From Azolla caroliniana (Eukaryota; Plantae; Polypodiophyta): 21,178 nt of DNA. The notes beneath the pieces were generated by a model, which searched no databases, was not told the DNA's origin, and worked only from the letters and a program-made list of their open reading frames with translations. Both the position numbers and the translations under genes were made by a program. This document shows positions 20,200 to 21,178 of the stretch, piece after piece. The stretch is taken from the NCBI GenBank assembly GCA_043228905.1, contig JBHGNT010000542.1:1-21178 (forward strand), written 5' to 3'. Numbering within the stretch: the first letter of the stretch is position 1; every line of letters begins with the position of its first letter.

Positions 20200-21178
20200 T
20201 CGAGCAAAAACTTCTTACTATAAAGAATTATTTGAAATTAACAAACACGATAGTGAAAAGGTTAGGGATTTAATAAAAACCTCATCTAACTCAAAATAAA
20301 GTAAAACTTTAATATATTGTATTCAGATAGAAGAGGGTAAAGAAATCACAGAGAATTATCAGGTTGCAAACGAATTTAATGATTTCTTTAGTATTATAGG
20401 CGAGAAGTTGAAAAGTAAAATTACACACACAAATAGAAATATGTCAAAACAAGGTCTTCCCTCTATCCGTGATACGTTTTTCTTAACACCAGTATCTGCA
20501 AATGAGCTTACACAAGTAATCTCGTCCTAATACCAGCTGCGGCCCATTTAATATTACGACTAAAGTTTTAAAGATATTTCATATGTATCTGCAGAAACCT
20601 CTGTTACACCTTATAAATTTGATCTTTACAAAGGAAACATTTCCAGAAATTCTTAAGAAGTCAGTTGTAACCCCATTACATAAATCACGTTCTAAAAAAT
20701 CTACAGACCTATTACCTTAAATAGCAATATAAGTAAAATTGTTGAAAAGTGTGTTTAATAACAACATACATAAAAATAAAATTATCTCCAATTCTCAGTA
20801 TGGTTTTAGACATGGTCTGGGTACGGAGGATGCTTTGGTTATTGTAGTGGACTGGGTAACTCAGTGCATGAACACGGTAAACAAATGTATGATGGTCTTT
20901 TTAGACCTTACTAAGGCTTTAGATACTGTGTCACATCGCATCCTATTGGACTAACTTTTTAGAATTGGTATAAGGGGTGTTGCAGAAAATATTTTTAAAA
21001 CATATCTCAATAGGTACAAATTGGCGAAACTTTTAAGTGAGCTAGGGTGCGGTGACAATTCCTGCAACTGTAGTTTAAAATTACACCAGTTATCAAATAC
21101 AAATACTTAGGTGTTTATTTTGATAGACACATCCGTTGGACTGACCATGTGGTATATGTGGCTTCCAACTCTTCCAAG
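20200..21178 (+). mobile_element. Degenerate CR1-like (Jockey group) LINE ORF2 fragment running off the window
   Basis: Segments read VANEFNDFFSIIGEKLKSKI, FFLTPVSANEL, PLLHLINLIFTKETFPEILKKSVVTPLHK, YRPITL, QYGFRHGLGTEDAL and VFLDLTKALDTVSHRILLD. After a large deletion that removes the GVPQGS and YADD region, it resumes with KYKYLGVYFDRHIRWTDHV. Confidence 0.9.

Noticed and set aside
1-21178. CRISPR array, tRNA or rRNA genes, or a prokaryotic operon or defence system
   Set aside because: There is no regular repeat-spacer array, cloverleaf or dense ORF packing. Spliceosomal introns and eukaryotic TEs explain the window.

Overview
This window is AT-rich eukaryotic DNA, almost certainly from an insect (beetle-like is my inference from composition and TE families). 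It holds the first three coding exons of a + strand host gene (4609-5181, 14981-15188, 16275-16508). Splice phases are consistent and the gene continues beyond the window. The protein has an N-myristoylation-type start (MGQQSSK) and an atypical SH3-like domain; I cannot assign a gene symbol. The introns and flanks are full of decayed transposons: several RTE-clade LINE fragments, CR1-like LINE fragments, a pogo-like remnant with a PHD finger, a DD41D (rosa/Visitor) Tc1/mariner pseudogene, and a Tigger (DD30D) element with both TIRs and TA TSDs nested inside an RTE copy. Most ORFs in the supplied track are TE debris or antisense shadows. The most interesting signal is an approximately 410-bp Penelope/retrozyme-like insertion in intron 2 (15738-16147). 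It carries a minimal hammerhead ribozyme with an intact catalytic core on the host sense strand, a 51-bp terminal direct repeat, and a 19-bp perfect antisense copy of the ribozyme cleavage region. A second, mutated hammerhead-like motif lies at 7657-7703. I see no prokaryotic-type system such as CRISPR or an operon. All calls come from reading the sequence by eye; no searches were run.
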